Assembly: GCF_000143415.4 (NCBI RefSeq)
Contig: NW_003314294.1
Coordinates: 1,230,416 to 1,294,415 of the forward strand
Reading direction: 5' to 3'
Source of the DNA: Selaginella moellendorffii
Lineage: Eukaryota > Plantae > Lycopodiophyta
Length of the DNA: 64,000 bases
Below are positions 24,400-37,456 of this stretch, one piece after another. Position 1 is the stretch's first letter; every line of letters begins with the position of its first letter. Both the position numbers and the translations under genes were made by a program. The notes under the pieces were generated by a model. The model did no database searches and was not told the origin of the DNA. It saw nothing but the letters and a program-made list of their open reading frames with translations.

Positions 24400-26617
24400 T
24401 CTCTCATCAAACGAGAAAGAGTTTGCCAGCAACTTAGATCCTCTTTAGGATCCTCACTTAAAGAGGAAGAACTTTTGAGACTAAAATTAATAGAAAAATA
24501 TAATATTTCATTTAGATATATTTTTATAATCTATTTCTACATCATTTAAAAATTCAAGAGAAAATTATTTTTTCATATTGAAGCTAGTAAACCCAACATA
24601 TAATAATAATTAATACTTAATACAGACTTGAAAAGTATTAATAAGTCTGCATTAGTCAACTATGGAATCTTGATGAACCAGTTGTAACTTCATATGCTAC
24701 TGCCAAATGCTTAAACCACCTTGAAGCCATAACTTTAAACAAAAGTAAGGGACCTCGAAAGCCACTATAGTCCATGAAATGTTATTACAACAAATAATAT
24801 ATCTTGCATTTAAGTTTGTTTGCTGATAATTCTCCAAGCACAACTATAAGTAGAATCAACCTCATCTTCTGACTCACAACTATAAATAGAATCTACTTCT
24901 TCATCTTTGTTTAACACTGCATATGGAAGATCGGACTCACTCTATTTGTCTTTCACATCCTCTTTATCCCTTCTTTGATGGAAAAAATGTTTTAAAACAA
25001 TAGCTTTATTTAAACTTGCTATACTTATCCTTACTTCATCATTTATGTTCAGCCTCACTCTATCTAGGTTGGATGTTCTATTTAAACTTGTTATGCTCAT
25101 CCTCACTCTATAATCTATATCATTTATCCTCACTCCACTACAATATTTGTTCATCCTCATTCCATTGTCAGAGTTGGACTCTCATCTGTCCCCTCTACCC
25201 CCTCTTTTTAAGAAATTTTTTTTGAAGTGTTAAGGCAAAAAGGAGAAAAGGAAAAAATGAGAAAAATTGAGGAAAAACAATTATAGAAGAAGAAAAAATG
25301 AATAAAGAAGTATTGGAATAGGAATTTGTAGTAGTTGGGAATGTAGAAATGGGGAAATTAAAAGGACATATGCTTAAAGTTTGGAAAATAGAAGACTTCT
25401 TATCATAAAATATTTTGGCCACCATAAGCAAAAGATTCACACCGCTCAACCTTTTTAACACATAACTCAACATTTAAAATGGGAAAATCAATAATAATGT
25501 CCACACTCTTAAAGCAATACATAAACTCATTAACAATAACGGTAAAGCAAAAGCTTTCAGTGGCACTCACAACTGGGGATATTTATTGAACTTAAAGCTC
25601 TGGCCAAAGTGAGTCAACCCTTGGAATAGGGAAATACTTAATATTAGAACTAATCAATGACTTTGTTAACGAAATAAAAGCAAGATTTTTAACTTCATGC
25701 ATATAATTAACATTCAAATTAATATGAGGAGGACAGAAAACACTCAACTCATCATTGAACTGAGAATGAAAATCATAAGAGTTAAAAATGAATAATGTGC
25801 TAGGAAAAGGAGATGTTGCAAATGAAGAAGGAACACTAACAACATGAAAAAATGGCCTAAGCTGAGAAATAAGAAAGGGTTGGGAAAGAGCAAAAGATAA
25901 GGGGAAAAGATCAGATGGCATTTTGAAGGATTGACACCTAGCTTGTGAGATCTTCATTTCATTTCCAAAGTTATTTTCATAATAATTAAGTTCCTCATCA
26001 TAATCTAAAATCCATTTAAGATCGTAAACATTGTTTTCCCATAAACTTGATCCTCAAATATTCTAAACTACATCATTTATAACTCACTAATTGGTGTCAT
26101 GATCATACTTCACATCAATGGGAGATGGCAAAACATCAAGAATAGGACAATCAATGTAATCACATCCTACAGATGGCAATACACCAAAGATGGGTGTAAC
26201 ACTAATATAATTATATCTCACAACACCAAAAGTTCAATTTAATAGAGTAACATTAGTAGCCTCAAATAACCTATTCCTTGATCGATGACGACATGGCATG
26301 GTAGGAGAAGAGAATGCAATGAAGATTAAAATAAAGAATAAATCTAAGCACAATAATAGGTAAAGTTTTAGATTTTAGAAAAAGCTAATATAGATCTAAA
26401 TCTAAAAAAGAATGAAGAAATAAGAACAAAAAGCATAATCCCAAATACTAAAGCAAAGTATTGTTAAAAAGCTTTGCTTTTTAGGGAAAAATTGTAGTAT
26501 CTCTCATTAGTGGGTTTAGACCTTTACTTATATACAAAAATGGATGGACCAGATTTAGTCTCAAATGATGGTCCATATGCTATAGTATTATAATTAATAT
26601 ATTACTTAGTCAGGGCA

Positions 26618-26678
<61 letters not shown>

Positions 26679-27980
26679 CACGTATTTATAAACCTTACAC
26701 TAATAAAAATAATCAAAGACAAACAACCATAGTTTAAAATCATATATTGTCAATTTTAGATTATTTTGTTATATGGTAACATCTAGATAATGCCAACCCC
26801 ACCTTGAGAAGGACTTCACACTCCCCTTCGACTTTGTCAACTTAGAAATTGAAAGCATTTGAGGGATTTTGATTATGCCAATGATATGATCATGGATGAC
26901 TTCTCATCATAGCAATTGTCAAGACTGTAGGCTAAGAATATGAATCTAAAATGCAAGACAAGAGAAAGTTAGCAAAAGAACACTAGGAGATCAGCCCAAA
27001 ACTGCAATTCAAGAGTTTGTATGAAGAGCTTAATTTTTATAGTAGGCTAGTCATGCTAACTCCATTTGTAAATATAGTGTATGCCATTTTTGGCTAGCAG
27101 ATGACTAAGTCCAGAAGTTTAGGCTATCACGAGTGTGGCTTGTTTCCTGAGCCCTTATTGTCCGTTTGTTATTCACAAACAAAAAGATTAGACTCAAATT
27201 CAAGTCACACTCTTGCTCCATCTGGTCAAAAGCTTGATGCTTTTGGTTGATCGTACAAAATATATTATGCTGCAACCAAAATAGATCAAATTAAATGTAG
27301 TAATCACCTTTCACAACATCAGTGAAAGATGACATTGGAAACTTCACCACAAAGCACTCTCAATTTTGCAAACTAGTGCAAATTGGATCTCTAATGCATC
27401 CTTGCCACTCTTGCTGGCTACAAATGTAACTTGTCAATGGGCTGCACAATCTTCACCTCAATTACCTCCAATTGTCACTTCCACTGGTTGTAAAGTAAGG
27501 CTAAAACTTTCCAAATGCTATTGCTCTCTGAGTAGAACCTAGTGCTGTCTATGTAGGGTCGTCCACTGCTGCTTTCCACATGCGGCATACACTTGAGAAT
27601 GGAAGCAGGCAAAAGACTTGTGCCACCAGCTCCAGCATCAATTCCAGTGTCTTGTAATTAATACTATTGTCAGGTAAAGGTAAAAGTATAGTACCTCCAA
27701 TCTCCATTGTTTGTTATTGCCTATAGATTCCACCACATTCATTTTAACATTTGTTGACTCCTTTTTGCTCTGATTGTTTAGCCTTTTGGCAATGAAAACA
27801 ATTGCCATCCATAATAATAAAAAAATTGGTGATACATTAAACTCAGTTCTACTTTCTAAGATCTTCAGGCTGTTTGTGCTGTGGGTTTTCTCAGGTTGCA
27901 GCAAATAGTTGTTGGCTTCTTTGCTCAGCATACTTTTTCTCACTAGGCTTTGCTTTGGTTGTTTTTCGTTTGCCACCAGG
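24400..27980. mobile_element. AT-rich decayed transposon-derived island (family unresolved)
   Basis: Sharp drop in GC, CpG depletion, only short broken ORFs, and internal degenerate repeats of 'atcctcactctat' type at ~24850-25200. Confidence 0.4.
26626..26681. repeat. Compound microsatellite, (TA)n followed by (CA)n
   Basis: Directly visible. Confidence 0.97.
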
Positions 27981-29269
27981 TGGGGATCGAGTATGCTGTA
28001 AAACTCTTTAGCTTCTTTTTCTCAACATCCAAACGACTCGTTGGCTCGAGCTTTGCTTTCCGGCACATTTGCTGCCGCTTCTACCGTTGAAGGTGTTTAG
28101 TCGAGAACCCCAGCCGCTTGAGAGACATGAGGCTTCCTCAAGGAACACTTGATCCCTGGAATCCAGTGACGAGCTCACGTTCCAGGCTCGAAACACAAAC
28201 ATCCGAAGTTTGGAGGAGCTTGAGAAAGCCCAGGGCGGTGTGTGATCTTGGCGATCTAGAGCGGCTGCTCCGGAGACTTGTCGAGACTTTGCGAGTTTGC
28301 TTGGATAAGAGGAAGACGATCAGTACACGGTGATGGTGAAGCATCTCATTGTTTTCTGCACCGGGAACTCGGAGTTTTTCCGCGGGTTTTTGGCTGATGC
28401 CATCAACTGGAGGCAAGTTTGCAAGGGTGGTGAAGGATGTTGTCGGCTGTCGCCCAGGAGGGAACGCCATCACCATCCTTGGGAGCCCAAACTTTCGATC
28501 CCAGCACCTTGTCCTGCAGCTTCCACGGGGAAAAGCTTGTAGAACTGCCCAGCTCTCGCGACCATCCGAGTCCAGCACGTCTGTGTTCGCGGTGCCCTTG
28601 AGCTGCGATGGGTCATAGCGTCCGGTCCAGTTCGTAGTTTGCATGCTGTGCGCCCGCAAGCTTTGCTCGCAGCCAATGTACTTGTAAAAGGTGGCGTTGG
28701 CCGTGACAAAGATGTGCCTCGCTCGTCTTTCGCACAAGAAACTGGAGAACGCATCTGGTCTACCTTCGAAATGGCTCCACCTTCGTCGTCTTCCAATGTG
28801 ATTCCACGGAAGCATGCTCTTAATCGGAGCCTTGGAGGCCTCGGAGTAGTACAAGAAACCTTTGGTGAGTAGCCTCTCTCCTACTAGGTCGCGCTTTCCC
28901 AGCGCATTGCGAACCCTGGCGACTGCAGATGGATCGCAGGGTTGCTACGAACAAAGACCACTCGACTCTAGCCCAGAGGCAGACTCACGGGACCGAGATA
29001 ATCCATGTTCACAACAACACCATGAGCTGCAGAGCTTTTCCACAAAAGCAGTAGCCAAAAATTTTATAACTGCAACTTCAACTCCACCTTTCCATCTAAG
29101 GCAGTAAGTATCAAGCACAGCATCAAGATTCAAGTTCTGGCCACTTCTGGAGCACTTAAACCAGAATCATGATTCTCTATAATGCAGGTTATTGACACAA
29201 AATTTTAGGATTTTCGCACCTAGCATTTGCCCACAGAATACCGAACAAGATATATTTACACCTCTTTAT

Positions 29270-29460
29270 ACCTTGGCAAACACCGGATTGCAGTGTTCCA
29301 CGAGATGAGATTGTGCTGCGGCATTCTCTGGAGCATTGGTCTCGCCTGGCTGGTCCACGAGAGTTTTGATCATCGTGTTCCTGGAACACGTCCTTGTGTG
29401 TGTGCCTCTTCAAATGCCCATTTTGGGCAAATGCCGTAAGCAAAGTGTTGCAACAAAACT
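29270..29460 (-). pseudogene. PPR (PLS-type) gene remnant
   Basis: Minus-strand fragments NTLLTAFAQNGHL and MLQRMPQHNLISWNTAI in different frames, matching the repeat style of the intact PPR at 34508. Confidence 0.6.
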
Positions 29461-30005
29461 AAATTGTGCTGTGGACACCCTCTTTGTGTGGATATTGTGG
29501 CGAATCCAATGATGAGATCCTCAATAGTTGTTCTTGAGCGGGTTTCTCTATCTCACTGTATGGTCTTCTTGCATCCATGTTTAAGAAGCATGCGCTTTAA
29601 CGAAACACGGTCCACACTTTTTCCAGTATCTCTTGTAGCACGCCTTGATGTAGTACTTTTGAGATGGTTTCGAGTCAACCAATACTTGATTTGATGTTTT
29701 ATTTTCAATACTAACAAATATTTTGTTTTAAAACATATTGTAATGATATGGAGAATTCTAGACATTTCTAAGTGGAATCACTCTCCAAATATTGAGGCTA
29801 CCAAACAATTTCTTCACCATAATCATCACTTATTAATTGCTTAAACTTGCTTCCCAAATAGAAATTAGTGTGCTTACATCCTAGACTCACCATGGACAGT
29901 ATCTCCTCTGCAGAGTTTTCCCATGCATGATCCTCCCTGTAAGAGCTGCCACAAACCAGGTTTACGCCTTGTCACAACAGTCATACACAATATACTACAA
30001 ATATT

Positions 30006-31769
<1,764 letters not shown>

Positions 31770-31903
31770 CGCGGACTAGTAGTGATCACTGGCGAGAGGA
31801 GGAAGATAAAGTATAACTTGTGTGATTGATTATATAAACAAGGAGAGAGGAGGGGGAGGAGGAGAGGGAACCACGCAAACACTAGCCTCTACCTTTGAGG
31901 GGA

Positions 31904-33579
31904 ATGGATAAGAGGGTGCTAGAGCTCCATGGGCTGTGGAGCTCCAGAGCTACCAGATGGGCTCCCAGGCGCCATGGAATGTTTGGGACGAAAGGGCAGC
32001 AATGCGGTGTAAGGTGGTTAGGGTCGTCATCCTCGTCCGCCATGAATTGCACTGGTAGGAAGCGAGCGAGCGAGCGATCTTTGTTTCCCTCTTGTTTGTG
32101 CTGATAGAAGAGATTCTTCTTGCAGCACCAGCAGCAGCAGTAGCAGCAGCGCCAGCAGCAGCCAAGGCGGCACCTTACCTCGACGACGCAGCACAACTCA
32201 TCAAGAGCGTCGAGACTTTCATTTTCGATTGTGATGGTCAGTGTGCTCTCGCTCGCTCTCTCCGAGTGTTCTGTAAGACCAACCGGTGATCGATCTTCCA
32301 GGTGTGATATGGAAAGGGGATAAGCTCATCGAGGGCGTGCCCGAGACCCTGGATATGCTCCGAAGAATGGTACTTTGTGACGAAGTTCTACCTATATTTT
32401 ACACCATCTTTGCAGGGAAAGCGCCTTGTTTTCGTCACGAACAACTCTACAAAGTCGAGGAAACAATACGGGAAGAAGTTTGAGACGCTGGGGCTCAACG
32501 TGAACGAGGTAAAGGCTTTCGATCACCGAGCGCTCTTGTAATCTTTGTGGAGATTGTGGCAGGAGGAGATCTTTGCTTCGTCTTTTGCCGCGGCCGCATA
32601 CTTGCAGTCTATAAACTTCCCTTCCAACAAGAAGGTGTGTGTTTCTCTCAGAAATCTGCGTGAGCTGTCACTTATCTCCGCTTTCCATAGGTCTACATTC
32701 TCGGTGAAGTTGGAATACAAAAGGAGATGGAGCAGGCAGGAATAAACTTCATCGGTGGCCCTGTGAGTGGTTTCTTCTTCCATCAAAACGCTTGTGTACC
32801 ATCGTCCTTACAGATTGGAGCCTCTGTTTGATGAATTAGGAAGACGCTGATAGGAAGATCAATCTAGAACCGGGGCAACTAATGGAACATGACAAAGACG
32901 TGGGTGCCGTCGTTGTGGGATTCGATCGCTACATCAACTACTACAAAATCCAGTGAGTGGCAACAACAGCATGCGCTTTGTGAATCTAACTTGCTGCCTT
33001 GAAGGTATGCCACCCTGTGCATTCGAGAGAACCCGGGGTGCCTCTTCATCGGTACAAACTGCGACGCTGTTACGCATCTTACAGATGCACAGGAGTGGGC
33101 TGGTAATGCACTTTCGTTGAGCTAAACTATAGAGTGACTAAAGTGCGCAAATCTTAGGAGGTGGAGCCATGGTTGGCTGCATCAAAGCTTCTACCAAGAG
33201 GGAGCCGCTCGTCGTTGGAAAGCCTTCGACTTTCATGATGGATTATCTGTCCAACAAGTAAGACGCGAGACTTTGAGCGAAGCACATAAAAGGCTGGCTT
33301 GCTTTGTGCAGGTTTGGCATCTCCAAAACGCAGATTTGCATGGTGGGAGATCGATTGGACACGGATATTTTGTTCGGCCAAAACGGTGGCTGCAAGACGC
33401 TTCTGGTCTTGTCAGGTAGCTACGTGTGCACTTCACTGATGTAGTGCTTATCTTCATGCTGGTCTTTCTCAGGTGTGACGACCTTGAAAACTTTGGAGAG
33501 CCCGGACAACACGATTCAGCCGGACTATTACGCGAACGGGCTTTCCGACTTGCTCAAGCTTGCGAAGCCTGTGGTCTAA
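31904..33579 (+). CDS. PGLP1: Phosphoglycolate phosphatase (HAD IIA, PGLP1-like)
   Basis: VETFIFDCDG/VIWKGDKLIEGVPETLDMLR, FVTNNSTKSR, EEIFASSFAAAAYL, VVGKPSTFMMDY, MVGDRLDTDILFGQNGG. Confidence 0.92.
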
Positions 33580-33622
33580 GACACATGCAAAAGCATGGAA
33601 ATATAATTCATTCACAGCGATT

Positions 33623-34358
33623 TTAGACAGACTTGGACGCGGCCGCAGACATGATTCGCACGAAGTCTGCCTCCGTCACCTCCCCGTCTCCTAGACAAGT
33701 TCGTGTAGCAACAAGAAATCGAAAACGTTTGTTACGCACCATCAGAGTCTGCAACGCGGATCATGTCCTCTACTTCTTTGTCACTGAATGGCAGCTCCAG
33801 CTCCACGGCCAAGCGCCTCAAATCTCTGAAGGACAGCATGCCCTGACCAGGCAACCATTCAGCGTGTAAGTTGAAGAACGCAACTCCACTCACCCGGCCT
33901 TGTTCATCCAGGATTGCAAATACCCGGACCAGCTCCTGCTTTGCCTCTCGTTCTCCCATCTTCTTGGTCATCATCTCCACAAACTCTTCGAAGTCGAGGG
34001 TGCCGCTCTGGTCAACGTCTACACTCGCCATCATGTCTCGTATCTCCTGCCACAGCTTTGAGTTCTATGCTCTAGAAAGTTATCGAAAGTTACCTGTGCG
34101 CTTGTTTCGAATCCCAGTGCTCTAGATCATGCCAGGGATCAAGGAAAACCAAACAGGATATCGACTTACTTCATTGCGACTCTGAGCTCCTTCGCATCAA
34201 TCGTTCCTGGGATGATAGATACATAGATCAAAAGAATTCAACTAAGAGATGTGAAGAAAACCTGATGAATCCGTGTCAAACATGTCGAAGGCCTCGCGAA
34301 GCTCGCTCCGCTGCTCGTCCGTGATCCCCTGCATCCATGGCTGCTGCTCCTTGCTCAT
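33623..34358 (-). CDS. Centrin/caltractin-like EF-hand protein
   Basis: ITDEQRSELREAFDMFDTDSSG/TIDAKELRVAM, VDVDQSGTLDFEEFVEMMTKKMGERE, DLRRLAVEL, DSDG..GEVTEADFVRIM. Confidence 0.85.
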
Positions 34359-34507
34359 GATCAGGTCGATGAGGACTAAGATTGCTACAATGATGATTTG
34401 GAAAAGTCCATGTTTCAAGCTGTAGGTAGTGTGACTTGGTGAAGCACCGAAGACTATGCGCGCGTGGTCCTCACGCGAGGCGAGGTATCAAAGGAGTGGG
34501 GAATCTT

Positions 34508-36256
34508 ATGCTCCGGGCGGGAGGAGGAGGAGGAGGAGGAGCAGCGCGTTTAGTCGAGGAAAGAGAACTTTTGGTAGCACTGATCAAGGAGTGTGGAGAT
34601 GCCCAAGACCTCAGCGAGGCTCGCCGCCTCCACTCCCACATCCTCAACACCGCCCACAACCGGAACCGCTTGGTGGCCAACTTCACCATCGAGATGTATG
34701 GCAACTGCGGCAGCGTGGAGGACGCACGTCGCGCGTTTGAGTCCATCACCCAGCCCAACCTCTTCTCCTGGAGCATCATCACCCAGGCGTATGCCCAGAA
34801 TGGGCATGTTGCCGAGGCCAAGAACCTGTTCGACAGGATGCCGCAGCGGAATCTCGTGTGCTGGAACACTCTCATGTCCGGGCTCGCGCAGGTCGGTCAG
34901 GCAAGCCAGGCTCGCTCCGTCCTACTCAAGATGCCGCAGCACGGCGTCGTCTCCCTCAACATCCTTCTCGGAGCGTATGCCCAACTCGGGCATGTGTCGG
35001 ATGCCAAGTCCGTGTTTGATGCGATTCGACAGCCCAATACGATCTCCACGAACCTCATCATCTCCGCTTACGCCCAGGCCGGCCACCTCCAAGCCGCCGA
35101 GGACGTCTTCTCGGCTGGCTGCTGTCCGGTGGACGAGATCTCCTGGAACACTCTGGCCATGGGCTACTGCCAGAGCAAGCAAATGGAGCGTGCCAAGGCT
35201 GTGTTTGATGCGACACCGCAGCCCAGCGTGTTCTCGTGGACCATTCTCCTGCAGGGCTATGCGCAAGCTGGGGAAGTTGGCAAGGCCAGGCTCGCTTTCG
35301 AGCGGATGCCCGCGTGGAACAAGGTGGCGTGGACGGCCATGGTGGCGAGCTACGGCGATCAGGGCTTGACGGGCGAGGCGTGGAGGGTGTTTGAGCAGGC
35401 CCCGCACAAAGACCTGGTGCTCTTCAACGCCATGGCCGCGGCGTATGCTCGAAACGGGCTTTGCGACGAAGCGGACGCGCTGCTGGGGAGAATGCCGGCG
35501 TGGAGCGTCATGACATGGAACACCGCCGTGTCCGTGCGCGCGCTCCACGGTCGCCTCGACTCCGCCAAGGCGCTGTTTGACGCCTCTCCGGCACCCGACA
35601 TCGTGACATGGAACTGCCTGGTGGCGGGGTACACGGGCAGCGGCCGGCTTGCGTCGGCCGTGGACATTCTGGCCAAGATGCCGGTGTGGAGCTCCATCGG
35701 CTGGAACGCACTGCTTCGCGCCTACTCGCTTGCCGGGGACGTTGGCAGCGCGAAGGCGCTGTTCGACGCAATGCCCGACCCGGACGTGGTGGCATGGACG
35801 GAGATGACGTCGGTGCTGGCCAGCGCGGGGCTGGGCGATGCCGCCATGACCAGCTTCCAGGAGATGCAGCTGTCGGGGCAGCAGCTGGACGACATGGTGA
35901 TGACAAGCATCCTGTCGGCGTGCAGCCATGCCGGGCTGGTCGTCGAGGGTGTCTTCCTGTTCGCCACAATGTGTAGCGACCATGGGATGGCGGCAGCGCG
36001 GGAGCATTGGTCGTGCATGGTGGACTTGCTCGGGCGGGCTGGCCGCGTGGGAGATGCGCACCATATCATGGCCGAGATGCCAATCGACCCGGATCCGGCC
36101 ACGTTCAAGTCGTTCCTCAGTGCCTGCCGCAACGCTCCCCCTATAGTTGAAGTCATGGCATCTGCGCGCGGGGCCGCCGAGGCCATCACCCACCTCGAGC
36201 CCGGCCGCTCCTACCCCTACGTGCTTCTCGCCAACCTCAGTCAACCCTGGTCATGA
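34508..36256 (+). CDS. PLS-class pentatricopeptide repeat protein with truncated E domain
   Basis: Single exon with tandem ~31-aa repeats (SW..LL.AYAQ.G...A...F..MP). Ends HWSCMVDLLGRAG...LEPGRSYPYVLLANL; no DYW domain. Confidence 0.93.
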   Translation: MLRAGGGGGGGAARLVEERELLVALIKECGDAQDLSEARRLHSHILNTAHNRNRLVANFTIEMYGNCGSVEDARRAFESITQPNLFSWSIITQAYAQNGHVAEAKNLFDRMPQRNLVCWNTLMSGLAQVGQASQARSVLLKMPQHGVVSLNILLGAYAQLGHVSDAKSVFDAIRQPNTISTNLIISAYAQAGHLQAAEDVFSAGCCPVDEISWNTLAMGYCQSKQMERAKAVFDATPQPSVFSWTILLQGYAQAGEVGKARLAFERMPAWNKVAWTAMVASYGDQGLTGEAWRVFEQAPHKDLVLFNAMAAAYARNGLCDEADALLGRMPAWSVMTWNTAVSVRALHGRLDSAKALFDASPAPDIVTWNCLVAGYTGSGRLASAVDILAKMPVWSSIGWNALLRAYSLAGDVGSAKALFDAMPDPDVVAWTEMTSVLASAGLGDAAMTSFQEMQLSGQQLDDMVMTSILSACSHAGLVVEGVFLFATMCSDHGMAAAREHWSCMVDLLGRAGRVGDAHHIMAEMPIDPDPATFKSFLSACRNAPPIVEVMASARGAAEAITHLEPGRSYPYVLLANLSQPWS

Positions 36257-36361
36257 CGGTCAAGTCAAGTCAGGTCATGACAGGTCAACGTAGGCGGACG
36301 ACTCAGGCAAGATGGACGCACAGGTGAGCTTGTAGCTAGGGCAAATTGGTGAGGAGGGAGG

Positions 36362-37274
36362 ATGGTCTCCATCGCCAGGGATGGCGAGTGGGGTAGCGAC
36401 ACATTGACCCGGGCGGTCGAGCAGCTTCGCTTGTACAAGGCGGCGGAGCTGTTGATCGACGACCAGATTGCTCCAAAGAGGGCGGCGGTGCTCATCTGCT
36501 TGTTCGAGGCCGCCGGAGAGATCCGCGTCATTCTGACCAAGAGGGCGATCTCGCTCTCCACCCATTCAGGTAAGCGTAGCGCCTACCTCCATTGCATGCA
36601 TGAGAGCTAGAATGCTACGCTTCACTCTTTCAGGAGAGGTGGCACTTCCCGGTGGCAAGAGGGACGAATCGGACGCGAATGATGCAGCCACCGCGGTTCG
36701 AGAGGCTTACGAGGAGATTGGTTTGGAGCCGGCATCCATCCAAGTTGTTGCCTCGCTAGAGCCCTTTCTATCCAAGGTACTCCATTCTTTGAAGCTTGGT
36801 TTGATTGATTCCACTGAGTTGGAGTGAGCACTGTCCAGCATTTCCTCCGGGTGACCCCAGTCGTGGCCATCCTTCCCGACGCACAGAGCTTCGTTCCTTG
36901 CTGCAATCAAGCGGAAGTGGAGTCCCTGTTCGATGCGCCGCTGGAAATGTTCCTCCGGGTACGTACTTGTCTCTCATATCGATCTCGACTTGGTCTATCA
37001 TCTCGATCGCGTGAACTAAAAGCGCTTGGAAAACAAACAGGACGAGAAGCATCGATCGGAGCAGCACAACCGGTGTGGAGGGAGCTACATGCTACACTAC
37101 TTCGAGCTCGAGTACCAGGGCAACAAGTACGTCATCTGGGGGCTCACCGCCGCCATCCTCATCCGCGCGGCGTCCATCGTCTTCCAAAGGCCTCCCGAAT
37201 TCGAGGAGTTCTGTCCAGACTTTAGATCGATCCATCGCTACCTTGTCAAACAGATCGCCATGAAATCCAGCTAG
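36362..37274 (+). CDS. Nudix hydrolase, CoA pyrophosphatase type (NUDX11/15/22-like)
   Basis: RAAVLICLFE..VILTKRAISLSTHSG/EVALPGGKRDESDANDAATAVREAYEEIGL, FDAPLEMFL, IWGLTAAILI. Confidence 0.93.
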
Positions 37275-37456
37275 ACATTTTCGAGAAGTTTTAGATCGGT
37301 CCAAACTAGTCAACGGTCCAGTCAACTGGCCAGTCAAAACTCGCGGCTGGCAGGAAGCTACCCGGGAGCTTCGACCGTGGTCTCTTCCCACCGAGGTAGG
37401 AATTAGGGTTCTTGGATGCCGTGGCGGTGTGAGGCGCGCTGTTCCAGAAGGCCGAG

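Noticed and set aside
34593-36244. Long alternative-frame and antisense ORFs (258 aa, 440 aa) over the PPR gene
   Set aside because: Shadows of a GC-rich single-exon CDS with no motifs of their own.
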